Under the pieces are notes generated by a model. That model was not told the origin of the DNA. It worked only from the letters and a program-made list of their open reading frames with translations, and made no database searches. The translations under genes were made by a program, and so were the position numbers. From assembly GCA_040218735.1 (NCBI GenBank), contig JAVJQW010000067.1:128001-192000 (forward strand): 64,000 nt of DNA, given 5' to 3'. Origin of the DNA: Deltaproteobacteria bacterium (GTDB lineage Bacteria > Myxococcota > Kuafuiibacteriia > Kuafuiibacteriales > Kuafuiibacteriaceae). Shown here piece by piece: positions 1 through 9,684 of this stretch (positions are counted from its first letter, which is position 1; each line of letters starts with the position of its first letter).

Positions 1-1566
1 TTCGATGCCGAATGCGCCCGACACCCCCACCGCCGGCGGGGAAAATACGCGCGCGTCGTCGATCCGAACCTCGGGGCGGCGGGCGAGCGCGAGCACCCGA
101 AAGCGGGCCGTGAGCCACACGTCCGCGAAGATCCGGGCGCGGGGCCCGACCTCTGCGAAGTAGGCGCCGTAGAAGGCCCGCTGCGGGTCCTCGTTCGTGG
201 TGCCGAACGCGCGGGCGGTCATCCGTGCCCCTTCGCCGCCGGCGCAGAGCGCGAGCGACAACCGTCGGGGCCGCAACCCCACCGCCCCGAGCGTACCGAG
301 CGGTGCGTCGTAGCAGAGCGCGGCGTGCAGCCCGGTCGCGCTGACGTCGGCGCTCCCGACCGGCGGCACGCGGATCGTCTGCGTCGCGCGGAGATCGACG
401 CCGACCTCCAGCGTGAAGCGCCCGAGCGCCAGCCCCGCCCCGAGCTGGAGGCGCGCGCCAGAGGTCGGGAGCATGCCGGTCTCCCAGGCCCACTGCGCCG
501 CGACGTGCAACCCGAGCCGCGTGGGCGCGGTAGGCGGCGTGGTCTCCACGCCGGGCCGGACCACGGCCCTCCCGGTACCGGTACCGGGCCGGGTCCCGGA
601 ACCGGACGCGGTCGGCGAGTCGGGACCCGTCGCGGGACCGGAATCGGATTCGGGCCCGGACGTCGGGGCAGAGCCCGTCGCGGAGGCGAGCGCGCCGCTC
701 GCCTCGGAACGGGGCTCCGACCCGGAGGCGGACTCGGCGCGAGGCGCGGACCGGGCGCCGGGGCGTGGGCTCGCCTCGGACGCGGGAGCGGAGCCGGCCC
801 GGCGGGCCGGGCCGGACGGGGACGCGGTGCCGGTGCCGGACTCGGATGGGGACCCGGAATCGGATGCGGACCCGGATGCGGAGCCGGAATCGGAATCGGA
901 GCCGGACTCGGGTGCGGAGCCGGACTCGGATGCAGACCCGGACTCGGATGCGGACCCCGACTCGGATCTCCCGCCGGGCGCGGACTTCGCGCCGCCGCCG
1001 GATCCCGCCTCACCCTTGGACGGAGCGCCCGCCTTACGCTTCGCGCCGGCGCTCCGCTTGGGCGATGACTCGCCGCCGGGCTTCGGCTTCGCCGACCGCT
1101 TCTTCGCTGCCTTGGGCGCGGCCTTCTTCTTCGGGGCAGACGCCGATCCCGAGTCCGATCCCGAATCCGAATCCGAATCCGAATCCGATCCCGAATCCGA
1201 TCCCGAGTCCGATCCCCCGCCCGCCTTCGGCGCGTCCTTCGCCGCGGTGTCCACGGCGAGCGCCAGGATCACCGCCACCGCCTCCGCCACCGCGTCACAC
1301 TTCGGGTCCTCCAAGCGCCGCGTCGTCTCGCCTCCCGCCGTCGCGACGATCAGATCCGCGCGCCACTTCGAGCCCTCCGTCCGCGCCACGCGCACGTGCG
1401 CGCGCAGGCGGGTCTCGGCCTTTGCGTCGAGCGGTCGTCCGATGAGCTCGCCGATGCGCGCGACGACGCGGTCGCGCGGCGGGCAGGCGTCGGCCGGCGC
1501 GGTCCACGTAAGATCGACCTCCCCGGGCGCGCCGACGAGCGCGAGCAACAGCGCCGCCCCGATCAC
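1..1566 (-). CDS. Exported protein (3'-truncated by window edge): signal peptide, W-x-AP-x3-CP N-terminal domain, long Ser/Gly/Asp/Ala-rich linker, C-terminal region resembling an outer-membrane beta-barrel
   Basis: Not in the ORF track because no stop lies in the window. Manual translation from GTG at 1566 (GTGA overlap with the ATPase stop at 1563-1565) gives MIGAALLLALVGAPGEVDLTWTAPADACPPRDRVVARIGELIG... and stays open to base 1 (...GVSGAFGIE). The + strand ORF 413..1648 is its antisense shadow. Confidence 0.8.
   Translation of the reverse strand, partial: MIGAALLLALVGAPGEVDLTWTAPADACPPRDRVVARIGELIGRPLDAKAETRLRAHVRVARTEGSKWRADLIVATAGGETTRRLEDPKCDAVAEAVAVILALAVDTAAKDAPKAGGGSDSGSDSGSDSDSDSDSGSDSGSASAPKKKAAPKAAKKRSAKPKPGGESSPKRSAGAKRKAGAPSKGEAGSGGGAKSAPGGRSESGSASESGSASESGSAPESGSDSDSGSASGSASDSGSPSESGTGTASPSGPARRAGSAPASEASPRPGARSAPRAESASGSEPRSEASGALASATGSAPTSGPESDSGPATGPDSPTASGSGTRPGTGTGRAVVRPGVETTPPTAPTRLGLHVAAQWAWETGMLPTSGARLQLGAGLALGRFTLEVGVDLRATQTIRVPPVGSADVSATGLHAALCYDAPLGTLGAVGLRPRRLSLALCAGGEGARMTARAFGTTNEDPQRAFYGAYFAEVGPRARIFADVWLTARFRVLALARRPEVRIDDARVFSPPAVGVSGAFGIE
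820..1215. repeat. Coding low-complexity repeats (CCGAAT/CCGGAC-type hexamers and 18-mers; SGSDSDSD and SESGSA linkers)
   Basis: Direct repeats such as gaatccgaatccgaatccgaatcc (about 1163-1186) and ggactcggatgc(g/a)gacc (about 920-960) within the 1..1566 gene. Confidence 0.8.
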
Positions 1567-2312
1567 GGCGCCTCCAGATCGAACGCGAGCACGCCCTCCA
1601 CCCGCCGCGCCACCACGCCGAAGACCTCGCGGACGTTTTCGTCGGTGATCGTCTCGGTCGGGGTGCCCGCCGCGTGGACGCGTCCGCGGTTCAGCATCAC
1701 CACACCATCCGCGAAACGGTCGGCGAGGGAAAGGTCATGGAGCGCCGCGAGCACCGTGACGCCCTGATTCTTCACGAAACTCAGGATCTCCAACCGGTGA
1801 CGCACGTCGAGGTGGTTCGTCGGCTCGTCGAGGAGCAACACCCGCGGCCGCTGCGCGATCGCCCGCGCGAGCAGGACCCGCTGCTTCTCACCGCCCGACA
1901 ACGTCGCGAAGCTGCGGTCCGCGAGCTCGGTGGTGTCGGTCTCGGCGAGGGCCGCCGCGACGATCGCCTCGTCCTCGGGCCCGTCCGAGTCGAGCATCCG
2001 TTTGTACGGGCTGCGCCCCATCATCACGAGCTCCCGCACCAGGAAGTCGAACTCGGGCGCCCCCTCCTGCCGGAGCACCGCCACCGTCTGGGCGAGCGCG
2101 CGCCGGTCGTAGGATTCGAGCGGGCGATCGTCGATCCGCACCGTCCCCGCGCGCCGCGCGATCGCGCCGTAGAGCGTTCGGATCAACGTCGTCTTGCCGC
2201 TCCCGTTCGGCCCCACCACGGCGACGAACGCCCCTTCGGGCACCTCGAGCGAGACGCCGTCGAGGACGTCGCGATCCCCGAGGCGAACGACGAGCCCATC
2301 GACCGTGATCAT
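1563..2312 (-). CDS. ABC transporter ATP-binding protein, iron-siderophore/heme/cobalamin (FepC/FecE) type
   Basis: Walker A GPNGSGKTT, signature LSGGEKQR, Walker B LLLDEPTNHLD, H-loop ALHDL. ATG at 2312 overlaps the permease stop (ATGA). Confidence 0.93.
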   Translation of the reverse strand: MITVDGLVVRLGDRDVLDGVSLEVPEGAFVAVVGPNGSGKTTLIRTLYGAIARRAGTVRIDDRPLESYDRRALAQTVAVLRQEGAPEFDFLVRELVMMGRSPYKRMLDSDGPEDEAIVAAALAETDTTELADRSFATLSGGEKQRVLLARAIAQRPRVLLLDEPTNHLDVRHRLEILSFVKNQGVTVLAALHDLSLADRFADGVVMLNRGRVHAAGTPTETITDENVREVFGVVARRVEGVLAFDLEAP

Positions 2313-3337
2313 CGCAGGTCCCCCGACGCTCGCTTCAGTAGAAGCAGGAAGAACGGCGCCCCGAGCAGCCCGGTCAGGATGCCGACCGGGAGCTCCTCCG
2401 GCGCGAGCACGCTCCGCGCGATCCCGTCCATCACCACGAGCAACCAACCGCCGTACAGCGCCGCCGCGACGAGCAACCGCCGGTGGTCCGGCCCGGTGAA
2501 CGGTCGAAGCGCGTGCGGGACGATCAACCCCACGAACCCGATCGCCCCCGCGAACGCCACCAGCGCTCCGGTCGCGAGCGCGGCCCACGCGATGAGCCAC
2601 TGGCGCGCGCGCGCGGCGTCGAGGCCGAGCGCCAACGCGCTGTCGTCGCCGAGCAGCAGCAGCGTCTGCCAGCGTGCCCCCGCGAGCAGCACGACCGTCG
2701 CTGGGCCGACGACCGCCGCGAGCAACGTCAGCCCCGCCCAGTCCGCGCCCGACAGCCCGCCGAGGAGCCAGAAGATCACGCCGCGCACCGCCGTCGCCTC
2801 CGGCACGAGGTAGAGCAGGAAACTCGTCACCGCCTGCGCGAACGACGACAGCGCGACGCCCGCGAGGATCAGCCGCACCGGCGGCACCCGACCATCGACC
2901 ACCGCGACGCGGTACACCACCACGACGCTCACCACCGCGCCGACGAACGCGAGCATCGACGTCCCGATCCCGCCCAGCGCGAACCCGAGGAGCACCGAGG
3001 ACGCCGCACCGACAGAGGCCCCCGACGAGATACCCAGGATGTACGGCTCCGCGAGCGGGTTCTTCATCACGGCCTGGAGCGTGGCTCCGACGATCGCCAG
3101 CGCCCCGCCGACCAACGCCGCGCCCAGCACCCGCGGCAAACGCAGCTGCACCACGATCTGCGTCGTGACCGGATCCCCGCGCCCCAACAGCGCGTCGATC
3201 GTCGCCGCCGTGTCGATCGACGCCGACCCCAGCCGCAACCCCACCACCACGGACACCACCAGCCCGACGGCGCCGACGACCAGTAACGCCACGTACGAAG
3301 CACCGAAGAGGCGGAGCGTGCGATTCGAGTCCGGCAC
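2309..3337 (-). CDS. FecCD/BtuC family ABC transporter permease
   Basis: Motifs LRLPRVL, NPLAEPYILGISSGA, GAIGFVGLIVPH and ELPVGILTGLLGAPFFL. The start at GTG 3337 is inferred; the ORF track extends it into the antisense of the next gene. Confidence 0.92.
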   Translation of the reverse strand: MPDSNRTLRLFGASYVALLVVGAVGLVVSVVVGLRLGSASIDTAATIDALLGRGDPVTTQIVVQLRLPRVLGAALVGGALAIVGATLQAVMKNPLAEPYILGISSGASVGAASSVLLGFALGGIGTSMLAFVGAVVSVVVVYRVAVVDGRVPPVRLILAGVALSSFAQAVTSFLLYLVPEATAVRGVIFWLLGGLSGADWAGLTLLAAVVGPATVVLLAGARWQTLLLLGDDSALALGLDAARARQWLIAWAALATGALVAFAGAIGFVGLIVPHALRPFTGPDHRRLLVAAALYGGWLLVVMDGIARSVLAPEELPVGILTGLLGAPFFLLLLKRASGDLR

Positions 3338-3379
3338 TGCGCCGCGCCACCCTACCCGAAAATTGGTAAGGTCCGCGCG

Positions 3380-4540
3380 ATGATCGAGAACCCCGCGGGC
3401 GTGGTCGCCGTCCTGGCCGGAATCGCGACCCTGTTCTTCACGCTCGAGAAGCGGTTTCGCTGGAAGCTGTTCACGGTCTTCCCGCCCCTCCTGTTCATCT
3501 ACGCGATCCCCGTCATCACCACGAACCTCGGCCTCACGCCGGCCAAGAACCCCGCGTACGACGCCCTGAAGCTCTACGCCCTCCCCGCCTTCCTGGTGCT
3601 GATGTTGATCGACATCGACGTGAAGTCCGCCGTGCGCGTCATGGGCAAGGGCGTCATCGTCATGTTGATCGCGAGCGTCGGCGTGGTCGTCGGCGGCGTG
3701 GTCGCCTACGCCGCCGTCCACCGCTACATGGAGCCCGAAGCCTGGCGGACCTTCGGCACCCTCGCCGGCTCCTGGATCGGCGGGACCGGCAACATGGCCG
3801 CCGTCGCCGGCGCGCTGAAGGTCGACGAACAGGGCGCGGGCTTCGGCCTCGCCGTCCTCGCCGACAACCTCGTCTACGTGGTGTGGCTCCCGATCCTCCT
3901 CGGCTCGAAGGCCTACGCCAAAGCCTTCGCGCGTTTCACGAAGGTCGACCCCGAACGTGTCGCGCAGATGGAGAAGGCCGCCGCCGAGATCGAGACGAAG
4001 TCGTCCGACGTGAAGATGCTCGACCTCCTCACGCTGACCTTCATCGCCGCCGCGTGTGTCTGGATCGCCGGCGCCGTCTCCGAGGTGCTGCCGCCGCTGG
4101 AGCCTGTCGTGTCGCGCGGGACCTGGAAGGTCCTCCTCGTCACCACGCTCGGCATCGGGCTGTCGTTCACCCCGGTGCGCCGCATCCCAGGGACCCACGC
4201 CATCGCGATGGCGATCGTCTACGTCTTCGTCGCGGGCATGGGCGCACGCTCGTCGATCGACAACCTCGGCGACGCCCCCGCGTTCCTCGCCGGCGCGTAC
4301 CTGTGGATCTTCATCCACGGCGCGTTCTGCCTGGTCGCCGCGCGGATCTTCCGCGTCGACGTCGCGACCGCCGCGATCGCCTCCGCGGCGAACATCGGCG
4401 GCGCCGCGTCCGCACCGATCGTCGCGGCGCACCACAACGAAGCGCTTGTCCCCGTCTCGATCCTCATGGCGCTGATCGGCTACGCGATCGGCAACTTCCT
4501 CGCCGTCGGCATGGCCCAGCTGTGCCTGATGATCACCTGA
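3380..4540 (+). CDS. DUF819 family multi-pass membrane protein
   Basis: About 10-11 hydrophobic segments; motifs GSWIGGTGNM and ASAANIGGAASAPIVA are typical of DUF819. Confidence 0.8.
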   Translation: MIENPAGVVAVLAGIATLFFTLEKRFRWKLFTVFPPLLFIYAIPVITTNLGLTPAKNPAYDALKLYALPAFLVLMLIDIDVKSAVRVMGKGVIVMLIASVGVVVGGVVAYAAVHRYMEPEAWRTFGTLAGSWIGGTGNMAAVAGALKVDEQGAGFGLAVLADNLVYVVWLPILLGSKAYAKAFARFTKVDPERVAQMEKAAAEIETKSSDVKMLDLLTLTFIAAACVWIAGAVSEVLPPLEPVVSRGTWKVLLVTTLGIGLSFTPVRRIPGTHAIAMAIVYVFVAGMGARSSIDNLGDAPAFLAGAYLWIFIHGAFCLVAARIFRVDVATAAIASAANIGGAASAPIVAAHHNEALVPVSILMALIGYAIGNFLAVGMAQLCLMIT

Positions 4541-5579
4541 CGCCGAACACCACCGAGTCCGCGAGCGCCACGTACGACCACGTCGCGCCGGCCGGGATGT
4601 TCGCCGCCGACTCCGCGGGGACGATCCGGTCCGACTCCTCCCCGTCCTTCACGACGGTGAGCGCGATCTTCCCGCGCTCGACGAACAGATCGGCAGGCCC
4701 CTCCCCCCCGCTCGAGTCCCCGCGCGCGAGCACGTCGCGCGTCGCGGTGTAGCGCGACGTCCGCGCCCAGGTGTTGTCAGTGGGCTCCGACTCCGCCGCG
4801 ACGGGGGCCGGCGCCGGGCCTTCGAGCACCGCCCGCCAGGACGGCAGCGGTCCCTCCAGCATCTTGCCCAGCCGGTCGGCGCGCATCCCCGCGTTGGGCG
4901 CGAGGTGATCGTCTTGGCGGTGACGCACCGCCGTCGGCGCGACCCCGAGCGCCTCCGCTATCGACGTCCACAGCTCGTGCTCTCGCACCGGCGCCTCGTC
5001 CGCGGTCACGTGCACGACGCCCTTCGCCTTCGCGGCCAGCACCGCGCGGATCGACGTCGCGAGCGCGCCCACGGAGACCGGGCTCACGCGCCGCGAGGGC
5101 CCCGTCGACACCCCCGCCGCCAACGCCGAGCGCTCCACCGAGAGGTCGTCGCTCAGGAGCGGACCCACGCGCAGCACGACCGCGTGCGGCGCGGCGCGCA
5201 TCAGCAGCACCTCGCCCCGCCGCCGGCTCTCCGCCCACACCGAGCGCGGCGTGGGGTCGTCCGACTCGGCCCACGGACCGCCGCGTTGACCGAACAGCTC
5301 GGGCGTCGAGACCAGCACCGGGGTCGCGGAGAACTCCATCGTCGCGGCCGCGAGGCTGATCACCGCCTCGGAGTTCTCGAGGTACGCGCGGTTCTCGTCG
5401 CGCTCCGCGGCGGCGATGTCGTCCCAGAACCGCATCCACACCACGGCCGTCGGCTCGTGCTCCGCGACGACGCGACGCACGTCGCGCATCGACGTCGCGT
5501 CGAAGTCCGCCGCGTGTCGACCATCCAGCCGCCGGGCCAGCATCGCGGCCCGCGGGTCGCTCCCGAGGACGAGGATCAA
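4533..5579 (-). CDS. RmlD (dTDP-4-dehydrorhamnose reductase)-like SDR-fold protein with degenerate motifs and a small C-terminal cupin-like domain
   Basis: RmlD-like pattern D(F)DATS..VRRVV..EP..VV, AERDENRAYLEN, LVST..LFG, PWAESDDPTPRSVWAESRRRGE. TTG start at 5579 overlaps the upstream stop (TTGA). Confidence 0.7.
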   Translation of the reverse strand: MILVLGSDPRAAMLARRLDGRHAADFDATSMRDVRRVVAEHEPTAVVWMRFWDDIAAAERDENRAYLENSEAVISLAAATMEFSATPVLVSTPELFGQRGGPWAESDDPTPRSVWAESRRRGEVLLMRAAPHAVVLRVGPLLSDDLSVERSALAAGVSTGPSRRVSPVSVGALATSIRAVLAAKAKGVVHVTADEAPVREHELWTSIAEALGVAPTAVRHRQDDHLAPNAGMRADRLGKMLEGPLPSWRAVLEGPAPAPVAAESEPTDNTWARTSRYTATRDVLARGDSSGGEGPADLFVERGKIALTVVKDGEESDRIVPAESAANIPAGATWSYVALADSVVFGVR

Positions 5580-6352
5580 CGGTACTTCACCACGATCGAC
5601 GTCGATCGCAGCTCGTCGGTCATGTTCCGGCGCGCGCGTCGCGCGATGCGTTTGCTGTCGAAGTGCCCGACGCGCACGCGGTGCCACGTGCCCTTGCCCT
5701 TCACCTCGGTCGCGATCACGTGCACGCGACGATCGCCGAGCGCCGCCCCGTGCTCCCGAATGAACGCGACCGCCTCTTCGCGCGACTCGAACGCGCCGAG
5801 CTGAAGGCCGAAGCCGTCGTCCGGGACGTCGTCGCGGATCTGCACGTCGGCCGGCGCCGCGTCGTCGCCGCGCGCCCGGGCGTCAGCCCCAGGCGCCGCG
5901 TCGTCGTCTCGCGCCGCTGCGTTCCCGCGTGCCGCGTCGTCGCCGCGCGCCGGTGCGTTCCCGCGCGCCGCGTCGTCGCCGCGCGCCGATGCGTTCCCGC
6001 GCGCCGCTGCGTCACCGCGCGCCGCCGCTTCGTCTCGCGCCGCCGTCGGCGCCGCGCCCTTCACCTCGGCCGGGTCCCGTTCTCCGCCGACGCGCGCCAG
6101 CTCCATCTTCGGCGCCGCAGGCGCGGCGCGTCGAGTCGGCTCGCGCTCCTCCGGCGCGTCCACGGCCGACACGGCCATCACGCCCGGCTTCGCGGTGTTC
6201 TGCCCGAGCAGCAGGCCCCCCGCGAACGCGGCGCCCACCAACACGAACACTCCGCCGACGAGGAGCCGGAAGCGCCCGCGCCCCATCGTGAACGCGACGA
6301 CGTCCGCGCGCGGGCGGCGACGCATCGAGGCCTCCTCCAGCGACGAAGTCAT
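5576..6352 (-). CDS. SPOR domain-containing membrane-anchored protein (FtsN/DedD-like)
   Basis: N-terminal TM (LLVGGVFVLVGAAFAGGLLLG), repeat linker, C-terminal SPOR signature FGLQLGAFESREEA...WHRVRVGHF. Confidence 0.85.
   Translation of the reverse strand: MTSSLEEASMRRRPRADVVAFTMGRGRFRLLVGGVFVLVGAAFAGGLLLGQNTAKPGVMAVSAVDAPEEREPTRRAAPAAPKMELARVGGERDPAEVKGAAPTAARDEAAARGDAAARGNASARGDDAARGNAPARGDDAARGNAAARDDDAAPGADARARGDDAAPADVQIRDDVPDDGFGLQLGAFESREEAVAFIREHGAALGDRRVHVIATEVKGKGTWHRVRVGHFDSKRIARRARRNMTDELRSTSIVVKYR
5860..6040. repeat. Coding tandem repeat of about 18/36 bp (ARGDDA/ARGNAP units) in the SPOR linker
   Basis: gcgttcccgcg(c/t)gccg occurs three times with gtcgtcgccgcgcgcc spacers. 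Confidence 0.8.
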
Positions 6353-6356
6353 CGCG

Positions 6357-8732
6357 TCACCCTCGCGTGCGGATCAGGTAGACCGCGCCGGTGTTGCCGT
6401 TGAGCACGACGACGTCGTCGAGGTCGTCCGCGTCGAGGTCCCCGCAGGCGACCGGGCCGCCCGAGTCCCCCGGGAGCTCGACGGTCTCCGGCGGATCGAG
6501 GAGCCCGCCGTAGCCGTCGCCGGAGTAGATGTACAGCAGCCCCGAGTCGCGCGACGCGACGGCGATGTCGACGTGATCGTCGCCGTTGAAGTCACCCGCG
6601 CACATCCCGTGCGGCTCGTAGTCGAGGATGTGGCGGCGGCAGCCACCGGCGGTCGGCGTGCGGAGCTTGAACACCGACTCCTGGCCGTCCGTGAAGTACG
6701 CCCCGAGGCAGCCCCGCGCCTCCACGCCCTCTTCGATCGGGCGCCACACGCCGCAGCTCGCCTGGAAGTTGTCGCCGTCGAGGCACGGCTCGCGCGAGAT
6801 CCACACCACGTCCGGCGGCGGATCACCGGTGGTGCGCCGTTCGAACGTGTCGTCGAGCGGCACGATCACCGCGTCGTGGATCGGCGCGTTCACGATCGGC
6901 TCGGCGCTCCACACGAACGTCCCCGACGTCTCCTCGATCAGCTCGAGCCCACCGACCGACGGCACGACGATGTCCCAGTTCGCCGGGTCGCGAAGCCCGC
7001 CGGCGATGATCCCGTACGGCAGCACCGGCGCGTCGAGGGCGCCGACGTAGACGCGCGGCGGCACGCGGCAACCGCACGCGTCCATCGGCGTGCAACGGAG
7101 CAGCTCGTTGCCCTCGTCCTGGCACTCGCAGTACGACTCCTCGCCCGCACGGTTCGTGCAGTCGAGCACCGGCATCTGGCAGCCGTTTTTGTTGTAGAGC
7201 CGATCCACCTGCTGCACCGAGCGCGTCACGAGCACGTCGACGAGTTTGTCGCGCGCCATGCACACCCCGGCCTGGTTGGGACCCGAACACCCGATGCACT
7301 CGCAGCGCTCCTGCGGCGGGCACCCGCAGACCTCCGGGTTGGTGTCACACTCGCCGCCCTGCCACGGCAGGCACCGCGGCGTCGGGCTGCACACACGGTC
7401 GTTGATGCTGCGCCCCTGCGCGACCATCGCGATCCCGCGGTACGGGCCGTTGTCGGTGGACTCGAACGTCGTCAGCGCGACGGCGTTCGAGCCGGTCATC
7501 GTGTGCCGCGAGTCGAGCGTGAGGTTCGGGCCGTTCGCGCTGAACACCAGAATCTCCGCGCCCTCGCACCCGCGCTGCTCGCAGTCCGCGCGACGTGAGT
7601 TCAACAGCACGACCTCGCGCCGCCCGGGCGTCGGCGCGATGTCCTCGATGATGATGTCCGCCGGCAGGATCCCCGCCGACACCGGCGTCGTCAGCTGCTG
7701 CCGCGAGCTCAGCCCCGCCGACGTGTACACCGACAAACGCGTGCGGCCCGCCGGCAGCACCCCGTCGAGCCCCGGCGTGCAGTTCTCTCGGTTGCCCTCG
7801 CAGGTCACGACCGCGAGGTCCGCCGTGTTGTCCGCGTCGATGTCGCCGACCGACGCCGCGATCGGGATCGTCCCGTCGCCCACGCCGAGCACGTCCTTCG
7901 AAGGGAACGAGGGCACCGGCGTCACCGACACCGTGAACAGCGCCTCGTGTCGGCCCGGCGCCGTGTCGGTCTCGAGCGCCGCGGCGGTCGCGAGGATCTC
8001 CCCCGTCCCCGCCGAAGTGGGCAGGCGCACGCGCACCGACGCGCGCCCCTCGAGGTTCGTCGTGGTGCTGTACGACGCCGCCACGTCGCCATCGAGCAGC
8101 TCGTAGCCGGTGGTCTCCGCGGAGAAGACGATCGGCACGCCCGGGATGTCGTACGTGCCGCCGGTGCCGTCGGGGGAGTCGGCCTGAACGCGCACCTCGA
8201 GCGGGACCAACAGCTCCTCACCCGCGCGACCGATCTGACGGTCGCCGCCGCTCTTCACCATGCGCGCGTTGTCGGGGATGACGAGGCGCATCTCGATCGG
8301 GACCTCCTGCGACTCACCGGAGCCGCCGTCGGAGTCGAACTGGTCGGTGCAGCCCTCGAGGATCGGCGTGGCGGTGTCGAGCGTCGAGCTGAACGCGAGC
8401 GCGTAGATGATGCGTCGGCCGCGCGTGATGATGAGGTCGTCGCGACCGTCGAACCAGCCGCCGTTGCACTCGTTCTGCGCGGTGTCGACGCACTGGTAGT
8501 CGGCGCGGACCGGCGCCCCCAGCGGGTCGTCGCCGACGCGCGCCTTGCCGAGGAAGTCGGAGCAGTCGCGGAGGCTCGCGGGTGCTCCGCCTGCGTCGGG
8601 ATCGTAGGACTCGATGCGGAGGCGTCGGACCGCCTGTCGCGAGACGTCGTTCGGGAAGATGATCGAGACGGAGGCGTCGCCGGCGCCGCAGGCGGTCAGC
8701 GACCACAACAGGACCGAGCTCAGACGGCGCAT
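6357..8732 (-). CDS. Cys-rich lipoprotein with Ig-like domain and FG-GAP/VCBS-type repeats
   Basis: Lipobox LTAC after MRRLSSVLLWS (ATG 8732); repeats GDIDADNTADLAV, GDFNGDDHVDIAV, GDLDADDLDDVVV; GGDRQIGRAGEELLVPLEVRV Ig-like segment. Confidence 0.8.
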   Translation of the reverse strand: MRRLSSVLLWSLTACGAGDASVSIIFPNDVSRQAVRRLRIESYDPDAGGAPASLRDCSDFLGKARVGDDPLGAPVRADYQCVDTAQNECNGGWFDGRDDLIITRGRRIIYALAFSSTLDTATPILEGCTDQFDSDGGSGESQEVPIEMRLVIPDNARMVKSGGDRQIGRAGEELLVPLEVRVQADSPDGTGGTYDIPGVPIVFSAETTGYELLDGDVAASYSTTTNLEGRASVRVRLPTSAGTGEILATAAALETDTAPGRHEALFTVSVTPVPSFPSKDVLGVGDGTIPIAASVGDIDADNTADLAVVTCEGNRENCTPGLDGVLPAGRTRLSVYTSAGLSSRQQLTTPVSAGILPADIIIEDIAPTPGRREVVLLNSRRADCEQRGCEGAEILVFSANGPNLTLDSRHTMTGSNAVALTTFESTDNGPYRGIAMVAQGRSINDRVCSPTPRCLPWQGGECDTNPEVCGCPPQERCECIGCSGPNQAGVCMARDKLVDVLVTRSVQQVDRLYNKNGCQMPVLDCTNRAGEESYCECQDEGNELLRCTPMDACGCRVPPRVYVGALDAPVLPYGIIAGGLRDPANWDIVVPSVGGLELIEETSGTFVWSAEPIVNAPIHDAVIVPLDDTFERRTTGDPPPDVVWISREPCLDGDNFQASCGVWRPIEEGVEARGCLGAYFTDGQESVFKLRTPTAGGCRRHILDYEPHGMCAGDFNGDDHVDIAVASRDSGLLYIYSGDGYGGLLDPPETVELPGDSGGPVACGDLDADDLDDVVVLNGNTGAVYLIRTRG

Positions 8733-8734
8733 GA

Positions 8735-9592
8735 TCAACCGCCCCCCACGCCGCCGTCGTTCACGCGCAGCGAGATCTGATCGCCGCCGGAGTTGGTCGC
8801 GACCACCACCAGCGCGACGCCGCCGAGGACCGCGACGCCGATCGCGCTCCAGAACCACCACTTCGAGGTGATGGCGCCGCCCTCGCCGGACGACGGCGCG
8901 ACCGCGAACACCAGCGGCGACTTCGGGCTGCCCTCCTCCTCGAGCGTGCCTTCCCACCGGTCGACGGCGCGGATGAAGTACTCCATCCGATAGCCCTTCT
9001 CGTCGGGCGGCACGGACAGCGCGGGGATGACGACCGAGACGTTTTCGTCGGCACGCGCGGTAACGGTGGTGAAGATCTTCACGCCCTCGCGGCGGAAGTA
9101 GACCTGCACCTGGTCGACGAGACGCAGCGGATCCACGACGCGAACCGGCAGCGACACCGGCGCGTTCGGCTGGACCTCCTGCGGCGACGAGTGCACGAGC
9201 GACAGCTCGCGGCGCTCGGGGGCGACGCCCTTCGCGTCGTCGAAGCAGTTCTTGATCTTCGGCGGCACGTCCGCCGGCATCACGTAGTCGGGATCGAGCG
9301 CGAGGAGGATCTCGAACGCGCGCTGGCAGCGTTCACGCTCGGCGTTGACCGCGTCGACGAAGGCCTTGAGCCGGTAGATCTCTGCGAGGTCCCAGCGACA
9401 GTTCTTCGAATACTCGATCGCGCGCTGGAGCGTGCGCGCCGCGCGATCGAACTCCAGGCGATCGTATTCGTCCTTCGCGCGGGACAGGTGGGGGTTGGAC
9501 CGACACTCGGCCGCCGAGGACTGCGCCCAGGCGTCGAGGGGAGCCGAGAGCAGCACGCCGAGGGCGGCTCCGAACAGCAGACAAGGACGCAT
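8735..9592 (-). CDS. Exported protein with TPR-like N-terminus, Ig-like domain and C-terminal TM helix
   Basis: Signal peptide ending AWA-Q; helical segment LSRAKDEYDRLEFDRAARTL; C-terminal KWWFWSAIGVAVLGGVALVVV, a tail common in myxobacterial PEGA/TPR proteins. Confidence 0.7.
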   Translation of the reverse strand: MRPCLLFGAALGVLLSAPLDAWAQSSAAECRSNPHLSRAKDEYDRLEFDRAARTLQRAIEYSKNCRWDLAEIYRLKAFVDAVNAERERCQRAFEILLALDPDYVMPADVPPKIKNCFDDAKGVAPERRELSLVHSSPQEVQPNAPVSLPVRVVDPLRLVDQVQVYFRREGVKIFTTVTARADENVSVVIPALSVPPDEKGYRMEYFIRAVDRWEGTLEEEGSPKSPLVFAVAPSSGEGGAITSKWWFWSAIGVAVLGGVALVVVATNSGGDQISLRVNDGGVGGG

Positions 9593-9684
9593 CTGGCGGC
9601 GAGCGTACCCTCAACCCTCGTCGCGTTGAAGTCCTCGACCTCCATGCTGTCAACTCGCGTCCGCACGTACTAGAATACCGGGCA

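Noticed and set aside
5860-6040. Multiple RGD tripeptides as an integrin-binding motif
   Set aside because: They arise from a GC-rich tandem repeat in the periplasmic linker of a SPOR protein; there is no evidence of surface exposure or host interaction.
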